DNA of 32,000 bases from Candidatus Saccharimonadota bacterium (GCA_002421785.1 DIRZ01000003.1:30001-62000); one strand, 5' to 3'; shown: positions 7,382-16,457, counted from the stretch's first letter. Numbers and translations are program-made. The notes: generated from the letters alone by a model not told the origin.

Positions 7382-7930
7382 TTAAACTTTTTTGACCTGG
7401 AGCGCATCGAGTTCTACAGGAGTGTCGCGGCCAAACATGCTGACCATCACCTTCAGTTTGCCCTTTGCGGTATCGATTTCGCTGACGGCACCATCGAAGC
7501 CCTTGAATGGCCCATCGGTAATGTTGACGACTTCGCCAGGTGCAAAATCAATCTGGTGCTTAGGGTCTTCGACGCCCATGCGTTTTTTGATTTTGCTAAT
7601 TTCGCTGTCGCTAACAGGGGTTGGCTCGGTGCCGCTGCCGACAAATCCAGTCACCCCTGGTGTGTTGCGAACGATATACCACGTTTCATCCGTCAGCTTC
7701 ATTTCAACCAGCACGTAGCCCTGGAAGATTTTTGCTTCAACGACTTTTCGTTTGCCGTTTTTAATCTGAATTTGCTTTTCTTTGGGCACCATTGCGTCAA
7801 AAATCTTGTCGGCCATGTCGACAGCCTGAATACGAGTTTTGATGCTATCGGCGACTTTTTCTTCGTAGCCGCTGTAGGTGTGGATTGCGTACCATTGGCG
7901 GGTACTGTCATAACGATTCTTGTGAGCCAT
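7382..7930 (-). CDS. nusG: Transcription termination/antitermination factor NusG
   Basis: WYAIHTYSGYEEKV NGN domain and a KOW motif (GEVVNITDGPFKGFDGAVSEID). Immediately downstream of secE. Confidence 0.96.
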   Translation of the reverse strand: MAHKNRYDSTRQWYAIHTYSGYEEKVADSIKTRIQAVDMADKIFDAMVPKEKQIQIKNGKRKVVEAKIFQGYVLVEMKLTDETWYIVRNTPGVTGFVGSGTEPTPVSDSEISKIKKRMGVEDPKHQIDFAPGEVVNITDGPFKGFDGAVSEIDTAKGKLKVMVSMFGRDTPVELDALQVKKV

Positions 7931-7934
7931 GTTT

Positions 7935-8321
7935 CTAGTTGCTTCCCATGATTAGTTTGAATAGATAGCTGAATCCTACGTCAAGGAGTAGGATGACCAG
8001 GACGAAAAAGAGAGTAAACGCGATAAGTGCACCGGTCATTCCCCATGTCGCACGGCGGTCGGGCCAGCGTACTTGGCGTAGTTCGTACCAAGAACCCTTG
8101 AGATATCGAAGGAGTGGAGCTAACGGATTTTTGAATTTACGTTGCGCCTTTTGCTCTTCTTTGGCAGCTCGCTGCTGTTTATTGGTATCGATAGCTGGTT
8201 TTACGCGAGCTACTTTGGTTGCTTTGGTTACCTTTGCAGGCTTTTTTGCATTACCTTTGTCACTTGCACTGATGCGTGTGATGTTGGTCTCGCTCTTGCC
8301 TTTTTTTGCTGGTGTTGCCAC
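7935..8321 (-). CDS. secE: Preprotein translocase subunit SecE with a long Lys-rich N-terminal extension
   Basis: C-terminal LRYLKGSWYELRQVRWPDRRATW plus a single TM helix is the SecE core. GTG start. Conserved position upstream of nusG. Confidence 0.9.
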   Translation of the reverse strand: MATPAKKGKSETNITRISASDKGNAKKPAKVTKATKVARVKPAIDTNKQQRAAKEEQKAQRKFKNPLAPLLRYLKGSWYELRQVRWPDRRATWGMTGALIAFTLFFVLVILLLDVGFSYLFKLIMGSN

Positions 8322-8337
8322 GAGTGATTACTCTCCC

Positions 8338-8365
8338 AATTAAAATAGTCTGCTTAGGCAGACTG
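8338..8365 (-). terminator. Rho-independent terminator after the histidine kinase
   Basis: AGTCTGC/GCAGACT stem, 4-nt loop, then ATTTTAATT on the minus strand. Confidence 0.6.
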
Positions 8366-8416
8366 TCAAGTCTTATACTACGCTAATCATGAATCAATGT
8401 CAAGGTGACTACTGTA

Positions 8417-10045
8417 CTACTGCGTTTCATCTTCCTGGGTCTGAATAGTGAAGCCAAAGGATGAGCCATGATTCAGCCGGCTAGTCATTTCGATGTGAAC
8501 GCCAAGTTTTTTGGCAAGCTTGGTGGCGACGTACAAGCCGAGGCCAGTTCCCCCGGTTTCGCGCGTACGGTAATCTTCGCTGCGATAGAATTTTTCGTAG
8601 ATGTGGGCTTGATCGGACTTGCTAATCCCAATACCGGTGTCCTTCACCTTAAACTCGATCGTATCACCAACCTGCTGTGCGCTCACGATAATTTCACCGG
8701 TTTTAGTGTATTTGATCGCGTTCGTCACGAAGTTTTGCAACAACTCTTTCAGGTAGAGCCTGCTGGCCATCACTGGGCTAAGTCTTGGCGACAGGTCCAG
8801 GTTGAAGTGTAAGCCTTTTGCGCCTGCCTGGGGTGCATATTCGTTGTACAGGTCATGAACCATGGCTTTTACGTCGATTGATTCTGGTGTATCCGCGACG
8901 CCGCGCTCAGCTCTACTGAGCGTGCTAAGGTCGTTGACCATTTTTGCGAGGAAGAGAATTTGTTCGTGGGCAAGCGTGACGTTATCGACAAGTGTTGTCT
9001 TCGAAATATCGTTCCGACCCATCATAACCTGTACATTACTGAGCGTCCCCTCGGCAATTGTAATCGGAGTGCGGAGTTCATGACTGACGACACTAATAAA
9101 TTCGTCGCGCTCTTCTTCGAGCGACTTCTGCTTAGTTATGTCACGTAAAATCACGATATATCCATCCTTGCCGCTTTCGTCGTGACTATCCGTACTTCGG
9201 ATTGGCGAATAAATAACACTCAAATGTAGCCGTTCGCCGGAAATATGAGCGCTTAGATCGTCGCGATTTTCGACGCTGCGCGCTGCTCTCAGGTGCTGCG
9301 CTAGTTTGAAAGGCTTACCATCGGCGTCAACGAGCTTCACGACATCATCGATGGCTCGTCCATTCAGGCCAGTGTTTGTATCGAGCAGGCCGAGACTAGC
9401 GGCATTATATACCTGAATCGTACCATTTTTGTCTGTACTTAAGATTGCGTCCGCAAGATTGTTGACAATCGTGAGAATACGATCGCGCTGTAGTATTTCT
9501 TCGGCCTTGCTTCGTGATAGCTCGTCGCGGTCAACTTCCTGTGCCTGGCCAATCGTTACCGCGATGATGCCGACAATAAGTGTGCCCAGCATTGCGAGCA
9601 GGTTCCCGACGAAATACCCAGGAGTGTCGAGATGGAGCAGTACGTCGCCGATTGCGGCACCAAAGAACGCGAGAATACTGAGCCGCAGTCCGTCATACGA
9701 GAAGTAGGCGTAACCGGCCAGGAACAGAATCATCCATGTGTAGATAAAGGGGCTATTGAAGCCTGCGATGAAAAATACGTACAATGTTGCGAAGACGTGA
9801 TATGCGATAAGTTGGAGTGCGGCGCTCCTTCGTGACATTGCTGGCACGAGGAACTGGTAAATTCCCAGAAGAAGCCACGGAATATTGATGATATAGCCCA
9901 GTATTCCGTCGACATGACTTGCCGATTCCAGGATGCCAGTTTGTAGCAGAACGCAATAAAACGCGAGGACAATTGGGATCAAGAACCCAGCAAATCGAAT
10001 AATCCGCGCGGTTCTTTGGTTAACGTTTACCCCTCCCTGACTCAT
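8417..10045 (-). CDS. Membrane sensor histidine kinase (about 6 TM, PAS, HisKA, HATPase_c)
   Basis: H-box FISVVSHELRTPIT. G-boxes DTGIGISKSD and GGTGLGLYVATKLAKKLG. Hydrophobic N-terminal 160 aa. No response regulator adjacent. Confidence 0.92.
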   Translation of the reverse strand: MSQGGVNVNQRTARIIRFAGFLIPIVLAFYCVLLQTGILESASHVDGILGYIINIPWLLLGIYQFLVPAMSRRSAALQLIAYHVFATLYVFFIAGFNSPFIYTWMILFLAGYAYFSYDGLRLSILAFFGAAIGDVLLHLDTPGYFVGNLLAMLGTLIVGIIAVTIGQAQEVDRDELSRSKAEEILQRDRILTIVNNLADAILSTDKNGTIQVYNAASLGLLDTNTGLNGRAIDDVVKLVDADGKPFKLAQHLRAARSVENRDDLSAHISGERLHLSVIYSPIRSTDSHDESGKDGYIVILRDITKQKSLEEERDEFISVVSHELRTPITIAEGTLSNVQVMMGRNDISKTTLVDNVTLAHEQILFLAKMVNDLSTLSRAERGVADTPESIDVKAMVHDLYNEYAPQAGAKGLHFNLDLSPRLSPVMASRLYLKELLQNFVTNAIKYTKTGEIIVSAQQVGDTIEFKVKDTGIGISKSDQAHIYEKFYRSEDYRTRETGGTGLGLYVATKLAKKLGVHIEMTSRLNHGSSFGFTIQTQEDETQ

Positions 10046-10090
10046 TACAGTTTATTATATGCATAAACGTCATAAATGCAAAGTAGTGAG

Positions 10091-10789
10091 CTAGACGGTT
10101 GGAGTTTCCCGCTTTATTTGCCGTCGATGCAGTTTATAGTGTGGATCGTAACGGGCGACTTCTGACCAAAATGCGGGCGAGTGGTTCATGTGGCGAGTAT
10201 GGCAGAGTTCGTGGATGAGTACGTAATCGATGAGTTCATGGGGGAGCTTCATGAGGGCAATGTTGAGGCTGATAGTCCCAGCGCTACTGCAGCTTCCCCA
10301 CCGGCCGCCACTGTGACTGAATCGTACGCGCTCGTAGCTGAATCCGTTGGCGGTTGCCAGTGTGGCCAGTCGGCGCGGCAGATACGCTTTGGCTTCACGT
10401 CGCAGCACTTTAGCTACCGCGTCACGAATGAGCTGCTGTACGGGCTGATCGCTGATTGTAGCGGTATTTGGGAGTAATACGACAATACGCTGTCGCTCTG
10501 TTTTGACCTGAGGCTTCGTTACCATGCCGGTCGGAACAACGGCAATAGAATGGCTTTTGCCGACGGGCTGGCCATGTTGGTAGTCGGTGGGCTTGTTGGT
10601 GTGCTCTGCGAGCTGGCGCAGCTGTGCGCGCGAGCTGCGTACGGTTTGCCTGATAAAGAAGAGTGGTGTGTAGACGGGAACAGACGCAACATATCGACCA
10701 TCTGTGCCGATTTTTATGCGAATGGTTGATGCCCGTGCCGAACGACGAACAACGATTTCTCCCAGCTCATCATCGTTAAACGAGGTCAT
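10091..10789 (-). CDS. YgjP-like metal-dependent hydrolase (DUF45 / M48-like, HExxH)
   Basis: LIHELCHTRHMNHSPAFWSEV motif and typical length of about 230 aa. Confidence 0.85.
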   Translation of the reverse strand: MTSFNDDELGEIVVRRSARASTIRIKIGTDGRYVASVPVYTPLFFIRQTVRSSRAQLRQLAEHTNKPTDYQHGQPVGKSHSIAVVPTGMVTKPQVKTERQRIVVLLPNTATISDQPVQQLIRDAVAKVLRREAKAYLPRRLATLATANGFSYERVRFSHSGGRWGSCSSAGTISLNIALMKLPHELIDYVLIHELCHTRHMNHSPAFWSEVARYDPHYKLHRRQIKRETPTV

Positions 10790-10795
10790 AGTTCC

Positions 10796-11362
10796 CTACC
10801 GTACTGTAATTGAGCGAGCGGCAGGTCGGGGTGTGGCAATGGGGCTAGACTTGGTTTCAGCTGCGGGTCGCGCCTCGGCGCTCAGGTGGCCCAGGACAAC
10901 TTTTGCTTGGCTAGCGTACGTGTGTTTGCCACTAATGACGATTGGCTTTTCATCGGGGTGCGGCGGGCTAAATCGTGCAATGGCCGTGTCGAATTCTTCC
11001 CTGCTTAAGGATTTCGACTTGAGTGTACGGGCTCGAGAAGTTGCTTCGTCCGTTTGGACCCATACAAAAAGCGGGCGGTAGCCACGGCTCGATGCCCACC
11101 GTGCGAACTCGCTGCGGCGCACGCGGGAGTCTGCGTTGCCTTCAAACACAAATGTTTGTTTAGTTTTTGCTACCTCGCCGACGGTCAGCGCAATGAGCGC
11201 TCCTGCGGACTGTTCATCCTTAGCCAAGGCTTCAATCGCCAGGCTGTCAATAAAGGGTGCGCCAAATGTCGCGGCAAATTTTTCTGCAAAAAAAGTCTTA
11301 CCACTCCCGGGTATACCCACCATCATAATCGCGTGCGGACGCGCCAGTCGTAACGATTTCAT
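10796..11362 (-). CDS. P-loop NTPase / AAA_33-type kinase-like protein
   Basis: Walker A in MMVGIPGSGKTFFAEKF. Start moved to the ATG at 11362, because TGGTATAAT sits 6 nt upstream and falls inside the longer TTG-started ORF. Confidence 0.75.
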   Translation of the reverse strand: MKSLRLARPHAIMMVGIPGSGKTFFAEKFAATFGAPFIDSLAIEALAKDEQSAGALIALTVGEVAKTKQTFVFEGNADSRVRRSEFARWASSRGYRPLFVWVQTDEATSRARTLKSKSLSREEFDTAIARFSPPHPDEKPIVISGKHTYASQAKVVLGHLSAEARPAAETKSSPIATPRPAARSITVR

Positions 11363-11484
11363 ACATTTATTATACCAGTTTATTGCCCTCTTGCCATGCT
11401 CAGAAGCTAAAACAGTGGCAAAAGTAGTGAGCAATAGGGGCTGTGTTGGCTATAAGCATAAGGAGTACATAGTAATAATGATTA

Positions 11485-11513
11485 TTGACATATTGTACAA
11501 AATTTGCTATAAT
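11485..11513 (+). promoter_or_regulatory. Consensus sigma70 promoter for the LPXTG surface protein
   Basis: TTGACA (11485-11490), 17 nt, TATAAT (11508-11513). Confidence 0.75.
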
Positions 11514-11555
11514 CAAAATTATAAATCATTATTTGATGATGTGGAGAGCGAGGAG

Positions 11556-13013
11556 ATGGTTATGACAAGGAATATTAAGGTAATGGTAGTAGGTGCAATC
11601 ATTGCCCTTGCTGGACTGTTCTTTGCGGTTCCGGCATTGTATGCAACTGGTGGCAGCTGCACAGATCAGACCTCTGTGGTCAAGTGTGGAGTAAGCGGTA
11701 AGGCTGAAATATTAGCAGCCTACGACAAAAACGAACGAAGCACGCAGACAATCTATAACTACATGGGCATTACCCGTGCCGGGATTGTAAATGCATCATT
11801 TGTATCTGGCAACGTATTCCGAAACGGTGACGTTTTCGTAAACGGTCAAAAAGTAGCGACCGGCGCACGGACGGCTGGGCACAGCTGGGGTTCTGGCTAT
11901 AGCCAGGTGAAGATTCCAAACACGACCGACGCCTATAGTTACACGACTGGCGCACTCGTCAGCGATAACCGTCCCCTACTCGTCAGTATGGTGAACGGTG
12001 AGTTCAAGTTTGCAATCATGACTGATTGCGGCAACCCGATCAAAGCAAATCCTGTACCTAAACCACCGCAGCCTGTATATAAATGCGACAATCTGGTCGC
12101 AGCGAAGATTACTCGCAACGAGTACTCATTCACCACGAACGCTGTTGCTGCTAACGGCGCAAGCATTCGCGACTACTCATACAACTTTGGTGATGGGACT
12201 ACTGCGGCTGCAGGCGCTACGACTAAGCATACGTATGCGAAGCCAGGTACCTATACAGTTCGTGTGAATGTTCGCGTAACAGTAAACGGTCAGACCGTGA
12301 ATGCGCCTGGCAAATGTGTAGTGACGGTAGTTGTTGCGCCAGAGCCTTGCCCAATTCCTGGCAAAGAAAGCTTGCCAAAAGATAGCCCACTGTGCGTAGA
12401 AGACAAGCCGTCTGTGAGTATTGATAAAACAGTCAACGGGGCAGAGCACGCAAGTGTAAAGGTTGGTGAGCACTTTACCTACCGGCTTATCGTTAAGAAC
12501 ACGGGCAACGTAATGTTGGACGATACGAAGGTTACGGACAAAGCGCCCGCAGGTATTAGCTTTGTTTCGAGCGCAACTGGCGAGATCGTCAATAACGCAT
12601 GGAGCACAGTCATCGATGACCTTGACGTCGGTGAGAGTAAGACATTTGATATCACTGCAAAGCTGACTAAGTATGTGGCTGGGACGATGAAAAACACCGC
12701 GTGTGTCGACACCCCTACTGTTCCCGGCAAGCCAGATGATTGCGACGACGCAACGGTTGACACGCCAAAATTGCTCGAAGTCTGTCGCCTAGAAGACAAA
12801 GCAATCGTGACGATTAACGACGAACAGTTTGACGCTGCGAAGTATAGTGAAGACAAAACCAAGTGTGCGGAAACGCCGAACCCCAAAGCAGATACACCTG
12901 TTGTGACTGAGCTACCAAAGACGGGTATCGTCGATAGCCTTGGTGGTGGTGTTGGCCTGGGCGCAATTGCCGCCTCGCTGTACTACTACCGCGCTAGCCG
13001 CAGATTACTGTAA
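11556..13013 (+). CDS. LPXTG-anchored cell-surface protein with PKD and DUF11-type repeat domains
   Basis: Start at the MVMTRNIKV signal/TM (GGAG-rich RBS); the ATG at 11562 is an alternative. PKD motif YSYNFGDGTTAAAGATTKHTYAKPGTYTV. DUF11-like VGEHFTYRLIVKNTGNVMLDDTKVTD. C-terminal LPKTG, hydrophobic stretch and RRLL. Confidence 0.85.
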   Translation: MVMTRNIKVMVVGAIIALAGLFFAVPALYATGGSCTDQTSVVKCGVSGKAEILAAYDKNERSTQTIYNYMGITRAGIVNASFVSGNVFRNGDVFVNGQKVATGARTAGHSWGSGYSQVKIPNTTDAYSYTTGALVSDNRPLLVSMVNGEFKFAIMTDCGNPIKANPVPKPPQPVYKCDNLVAAKITRNEYSFTTNAVAANGASIRDYSYNFGDGTTAAAGATTKHTYAKPGTYTVRVNVRVTVNGQTVNAPGKCVVTVVVAPEPCPIPGKESLPKDSPLCVEDKPSVSIDKTVNGAEHASVKVGEHFTYRLIVKNTGNVMLDDTKVTDKAPAGISFVSSATGEIVNNAWSTVIDDLDVGESKTFDITAKLTKYVAGTMKNTACVDTPTVPGKPDDCDDATVDTPKLLEVCRLEDKAIVTINDEQFDAAKYSEDKTKCAETPNPKADTPVVTELPKTGIVDSLGGGVGLGAIAASLYYYRASRRLL

Positions 13014-13028
13014 ATAAATTTGAGCATA

Positions 13029-13058
13029 AAACTACCCCGACGACAGGGGTAGTTTTAT
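13029..13058 (+). terminator. Rho-independent terminator of the LPXTG gene
   Basis: AACTACCCC/GGGGTAGTT stem, 7-nt loop, then TTAT. Confidence 0.75.
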
Positions 13059-13217
13059 GTAGGTCAATTGACATTCATTATAGCTGCCCGACGAGGTTCG
13101 CTCCACCGACAGGGGCACCGGCACCCGGTGGACGGCAAGTACCTGCTGGTGTACCGCGCAGACTACACTGTGTATCCCACCTCCCGCATTGGGCGAGCAC
13201 GGTAGCTCGCAACCCAA

Positions 13218-13269
13218 AGCCGGGGTGTGCGCTGAGAAATCAGCGTGCACCCCGGCTATTTGCATTTTA
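13218..13269 (+). terminator. 18-bp GAAA-tetraloop hairpin plus U-rich tail, best formed on the plus strand
   Basis: AGCCGGGGTGTGCGCTGA-GAAA-TCAGCGTGCACCCCGGCT followed by ATTTGCATTTT. Two G-U pairs on plus become C-A mismatches on minus. Confidence 0.6.
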
Positions 13270-13272
13270 GGG

Positions 13273-15081
13273 CTACTTATTTGTGCGGGCCATTGCCTTA
13301 GCGGCGAACAGGTCCAGGTAGTCGAACATCATACGGGCACCGGAAATGGTTTCCAGGTACGCGGTTAGCTCGCGTTTTACCTCTGCTTCAAGCCGTGTGT
13401 CGCTACGGACGATTTCGGCGGCTTCTTGCATGCGTACGTATGTCATTTCACGCTCGTCGCCACTTACTTCTAGGCACTCAATTGGTATGACGTCGGCAAC
13501 ACCACCGTCGGGTGTCGAAATCAGCACTTCAAAGTTCGCGATATCTTTCATCCATGATGTACCGCAGGCCTCTTCACCCACAACTGGTAGGTTGATGGCA
13601 ACATCGGCGCCAACTGTCAGTGCGCGTCCAACTTCTTCGTCATAGTCTTCCACGTAGTGCACGCGCTCTTTGAGTCGTGGATCGGCGTCGATAAGGCTGA
13701 GTACTCGGTGGAGCTCACCCTTCATTGGGTCATCGTTCGGGTGCGGTTTGCCGGTCAGCACAAAGTGTGCGTTGTTATCGACAAGCAGCTCTGCCAGGCG
13801 CTCAGGGTCTTCAAACGGTAGGCTTGGGCGTTTGTAGTTCGCGAAGCGTCGTTTGAAATTGAACAGTACTGCGTCAGCTGGAATCTCAATCGGCTCACCA
13901 TATTGGTCGCGACGCGTTGCGAGTACCTCATTCATGATGGTGCGGCCCTCTGCTTTGAGTGTGCGAATGGTATCAATATCGAGGCCCTCGATAGCTTCCG
14001 CATAACCTTCTGCCGGCGCGCTAAATTCATCGTAGATGCCACGCTCACGAAACAACTTCAGGATACCTGGGTTGATCCATTTGTTTGAAATACCGTTGGT
14101 GACGGCCTGAAACTCGACGCGCTCACCCGATTTTTTGTAATACTCAGCAACCTTAGCGTGCAGCTTACTGACACCGCTTTGTACGCCAGATACTTCAGCG
14201 GCAAGCAGGCTTAGTTTTAGCCGGCCGGCATGATCAAACATGTAGCCAACCCATTCGCGGACTTCCTGACTGTTAATGTTTGGTACAATTAAGTTTTCGA
14301 ACTGAGCCCGACCAAATTCGCCTTCAACTGCCGGGACGAGTGTGTGATTGGTGAAGAGCGTGCGGCTGCGTGTGCGATCCAGGGCTTCTTGGAATGGCAC
14401 ACCCTGGCCTACAAGGTCGTCCAGCTGGGCGATCGCGAGGAATACCACGGGTGCTTCGTTAAGCTGGGTGAACGCAGGAGTGATGCCCTGGTCCTTGAGC
14501 GCTTTGTAGCCACCAAACCCGAGAGCTGCTTCTTGATACAGGCGATGGTCGCCGCTGTTACTGCCTGGGTACAGTTCACCGAAGTTTGGCTCGGTGATGG
14601 TGAGCATGGTGGTTGAGCCGAGTTGTCGGCCGTAGACATCCAGCCCGATGCCCACGTCAACACTGCTATTAATGCCAACCTGGCCTAGCCTTGTGTAGAG
14701 GCGGCTTGGATCTGTGTCATCGTTTCGTTCGTGCTGCCAAAAACTCTTCAGGACCTGATGGCTTTCCTGAGTGTAGAACGGTGTCAGCACAACTTGTGGT
14801 ATGCCGAGGTCTTCGCACACACGGCGCGTGTCGCCGGCAAGTACGCCCAGGCCACCACCACCCTTTAGGTCGTTATCTTCGCGGTCATAAAATTCCATTG
14901 ACCCGTACACGATGGCGACGTTTTTGTCCGTAGCGTTGAATTCGTTTTTGAGCGCAGTCAACGCGGCGCGGTGCGCTTCGTCATCGGTGCGCTCAACCAA
15001 ATGGTCAAGTACGCGGTCAAACTTGCGCGCATCTTGGCGGCCCTGCAGATAATCATTCCCTGCTCTCTCTGTTGCTGGCAT
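13273..15081 (-). CDS. glgP: Alpha-glucan (glycogen/maltodextrin) phosphorylase, GT35, short type
   Basis: GGGGLGVLAGD, TNHTLVPA, VSKLHA, VTNGI and the PLP-Lys context FKRRFANYKRP. Start set at MPATER (GAGGGG 6 nt upstream); the ORF extends to 15135. Confidence 0.88.
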   Translation of the reverse strand: MPATERAGNDYLQGRQDARKFDRVLDHLVERTDDEAHRAALTALKNEFNATDKNVAIVYGSMEFYDREDNDLKGGGGLGVLAGDTRRVCEDLGIPQVVLTPFYTQESHQVLKSFWQHERNDDTDPSRLYTRLGQVGINSSVDVGIGLDVYGRQLGSTTMLTITEPNFGELYPGSNSGDHRLYQEAALGFGGYKALKDQGITPAFTQLNEAPVVFLAIAQLDDLVGQGVPFQEALDRTRSRTLFTNHTLVPAVEGEFGRAQFENLIVPNINSQEVREWVGYMFDHAGRLKLSLLAAEVSGVQSGVSKLHAKVAEYYKKSGERVEFQAVTNGISNKWINPGILKLFRERGIYDEFSAPAEGYAEAIEGLDIDTIRTLKAEGRTIMNEVLATRRDQYGEPIEIPADAVLFNFKRRFANYKRPSLPFEDPERLAELLVDNNAHFVLTGKPHPNDDPMKGELHRVLSLIDADPRLKERVHYVEDYDEEVGRALTVGADVAINLPVVGEEACGTSWMKDIANFEVLISTPDGGVADVIPIECLEVSGDEREMTYVRMQEAAEIVRSDTRLEAEVKRELTAYLETISGARMMFDYLDLFAAKAMARTNK

Positions 15082-15197
15082 ATGTTCCCCTCTGGATTTC
15101 AGCATTAATACAGTCCCCTCACCGACATTACCCATTCATTATACATTGCCTATGGCGAACCGGTGGGTGTAGTTTATGCAACACTTCACGCTTGGGC

Positions 15198-16457
15198 TTA
15201 TAGCCAATCGAGAGTGTAAGGGGGGCGTGCGACGAGATTTCGTGCCTGCACGCGGTCAAAATAGATTTGCGCAGCTACCGACCACAGCTGCCGATCGTTA
15301 CCCTCGGGCAGTGCGACGACTACGCCTGCAGGGTCTGTGTACACGCCGACGAGTTCTTGGCCGCTATGAATGACCGGCTGGATCTGCGCGGCAACAGCAG
15401 CTTCGTGCTCAAATGCAAATTTTTCTGCAGCATGGTGAATAAGTGCCTGTTCAAAAATCCACACCTTATAGCCGTGGTAGGTATCTCGCAGGTTTTCTCC
15501 GACATTTTTTGGCGTGCATGCGTAGCCAAATGGCGTTTCCAGCTGTTCTGCACGCTGGCGAATGGCTGAAAGGGGGAGCAAGTGGCTGTAGTAGTTCGGG
15601 ATGTAGGCTAGGCTGTGTAATTCATCGGAAGATGCTTGTATGTACGGGCCATCTCCGTCCTGGTAAATCGTAAAGCCATCCTCACGTATAAAAGTAGCGA
15701 TACCGCGTTGGTACATACGGTCAGCGGTGTCTGCATAGTACTGCGATTCGAGCGTGGCTGCGGCGCTAAGCATGCCGCGCGCTGCAATGAAGTGCGCAAG
15801 CGCGTAGCTGACTGGATATCGAGGCTCTTCTTTGGCATTAACACTCGGCAGGACGGAATCCTTCCAGTATGTGACGCGCAGGCCAAAACGGCCGGGAGCA
15901 GCATGATCGTCGCCTAGCCCTTTGGGTGGATTGTCGGTAAACAAGCCATTCTCATCGAGCATTTCCATGATATGTATTGCAGCGGCGTGCACGTTGTTAC
16001 GATACTTTCCAATAAAGTCGGTGTAGGCTCCTGGGTCTACGATGCGTAGCTGTTCCACGCCTATTAGGAATAGGGCCGTTGAATCGCAGCTATTGTATTC
16101 AGTGCTCCGGTCTTCGCGACCTTCTAGGCTAATCTGTGCCACCTCCTGGTCTTCGATGTGAATCTCATGGTGAATCTTGCCAGGGTATGCCCCATTACGT
16201 GCATTTGTCTCGGCAGCCTGGAAGCGCACGCACATAGCTAGGTGTGTTTGCAGTAGGTGCGAATCGCCCGAAAGAATGGCGGAAACGGCATCGTCCCGTG
16301 GGAAATTAGACTCGTAACCGGGGAGGCCGGCGTTATAATACTCAAGCAGCTCCCCCTGGTAGAGCTTTTCGGCGACAAAGGGCTGAAGGTGTGGATTTGC
16401 TTCATTTTTTGTCTCTATTTGTTTTGTTTCCGACATGTCGGAAATATATTCGGCCAT
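15198..16457 (-). CDS. Six-hairpin glycosidase-like protein, probably amylo-alpha-1,6-glucosidase / debranching (GDE_C-like)
   Basis: VTYWKDS...RYPVSYALAHFIAARGM resembles the tWMD...VEiqaL block of GDE_C. Neighbour of glgP. Start at MAEYIS (TATACT 6 nt upstream). Confidence 0.55.
   Translation of the reverse strand: MAEYISDMSETKQIETKNEANPHLQPFVAEKLYQGELLEYYNAGLPGYESNFPRDDAVSAILSGDSHLLQTHLAMCVRFQAAETNARNGAYPGKIHHEIHIEDQEVAQISLEGREDRSTEYNSCDSTALFLIGVEQLRIVDPGAYTDFIGKYRNNVHAAAIHIMEMLDENGLFTDNPPKGLGDDHAAPGRFGLRVTYWKDSVLPSVNAKEEPRYPVSYALAHFIAARGMLSAAATLESQYYADTADRMYQRGIATFIREDGFTIYQDGDGPYIQASSDELHSLAYIPNYYSHLLPLSAIRQRAEQLETPFGYACTPKNVGENLRDTYHGYKVWIFEQALIHHAAEKFAFEHEAAVAAQIQPVIHSGQELVGVYTDPAGVVVALPEGNDRQLWSVAAQIYFDRVQARNLVARPPYTLDWL

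Noticed and set aside
11136-11555. First 140 codons of the 625-aa plus-strand ORF
   Set aside because: They run antisense through the P-loop NTPase gene and across an AT-rich spacer that contains a consensus promoter. The real protein starts with a signal peptide at 11556.
12479-12886. 135-aa minus-strand ORF
   Set aside because: Antisense to the LPXTG surface-protein gene. Ser/Val-rich shadow frame.
13075-13260. Known structured RNAs (SRP/4.5S, 6S, tmRNA, RNase P) as the identity of the GC-rich spacer
   Set aside because: There is no GGAAGCAGCC-type SRP helix-8 motif and no RNase P GGAAAGUCCGG or ACAGAACCCGGCUUA-type blocks. There is no tRNA-like acceptor or CCA end for tmRNA. The ends do not pair as in 6S. 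The element is also too short for RNase P or tmRNA.
13032-13265. 77-aa minus-strand ORF in the GC-rich spacer
   Set aside because: It would run through two terminator hairpins, has no RBS, and its sequence is implausible. The region is treated as non-coding or relic (see finding).
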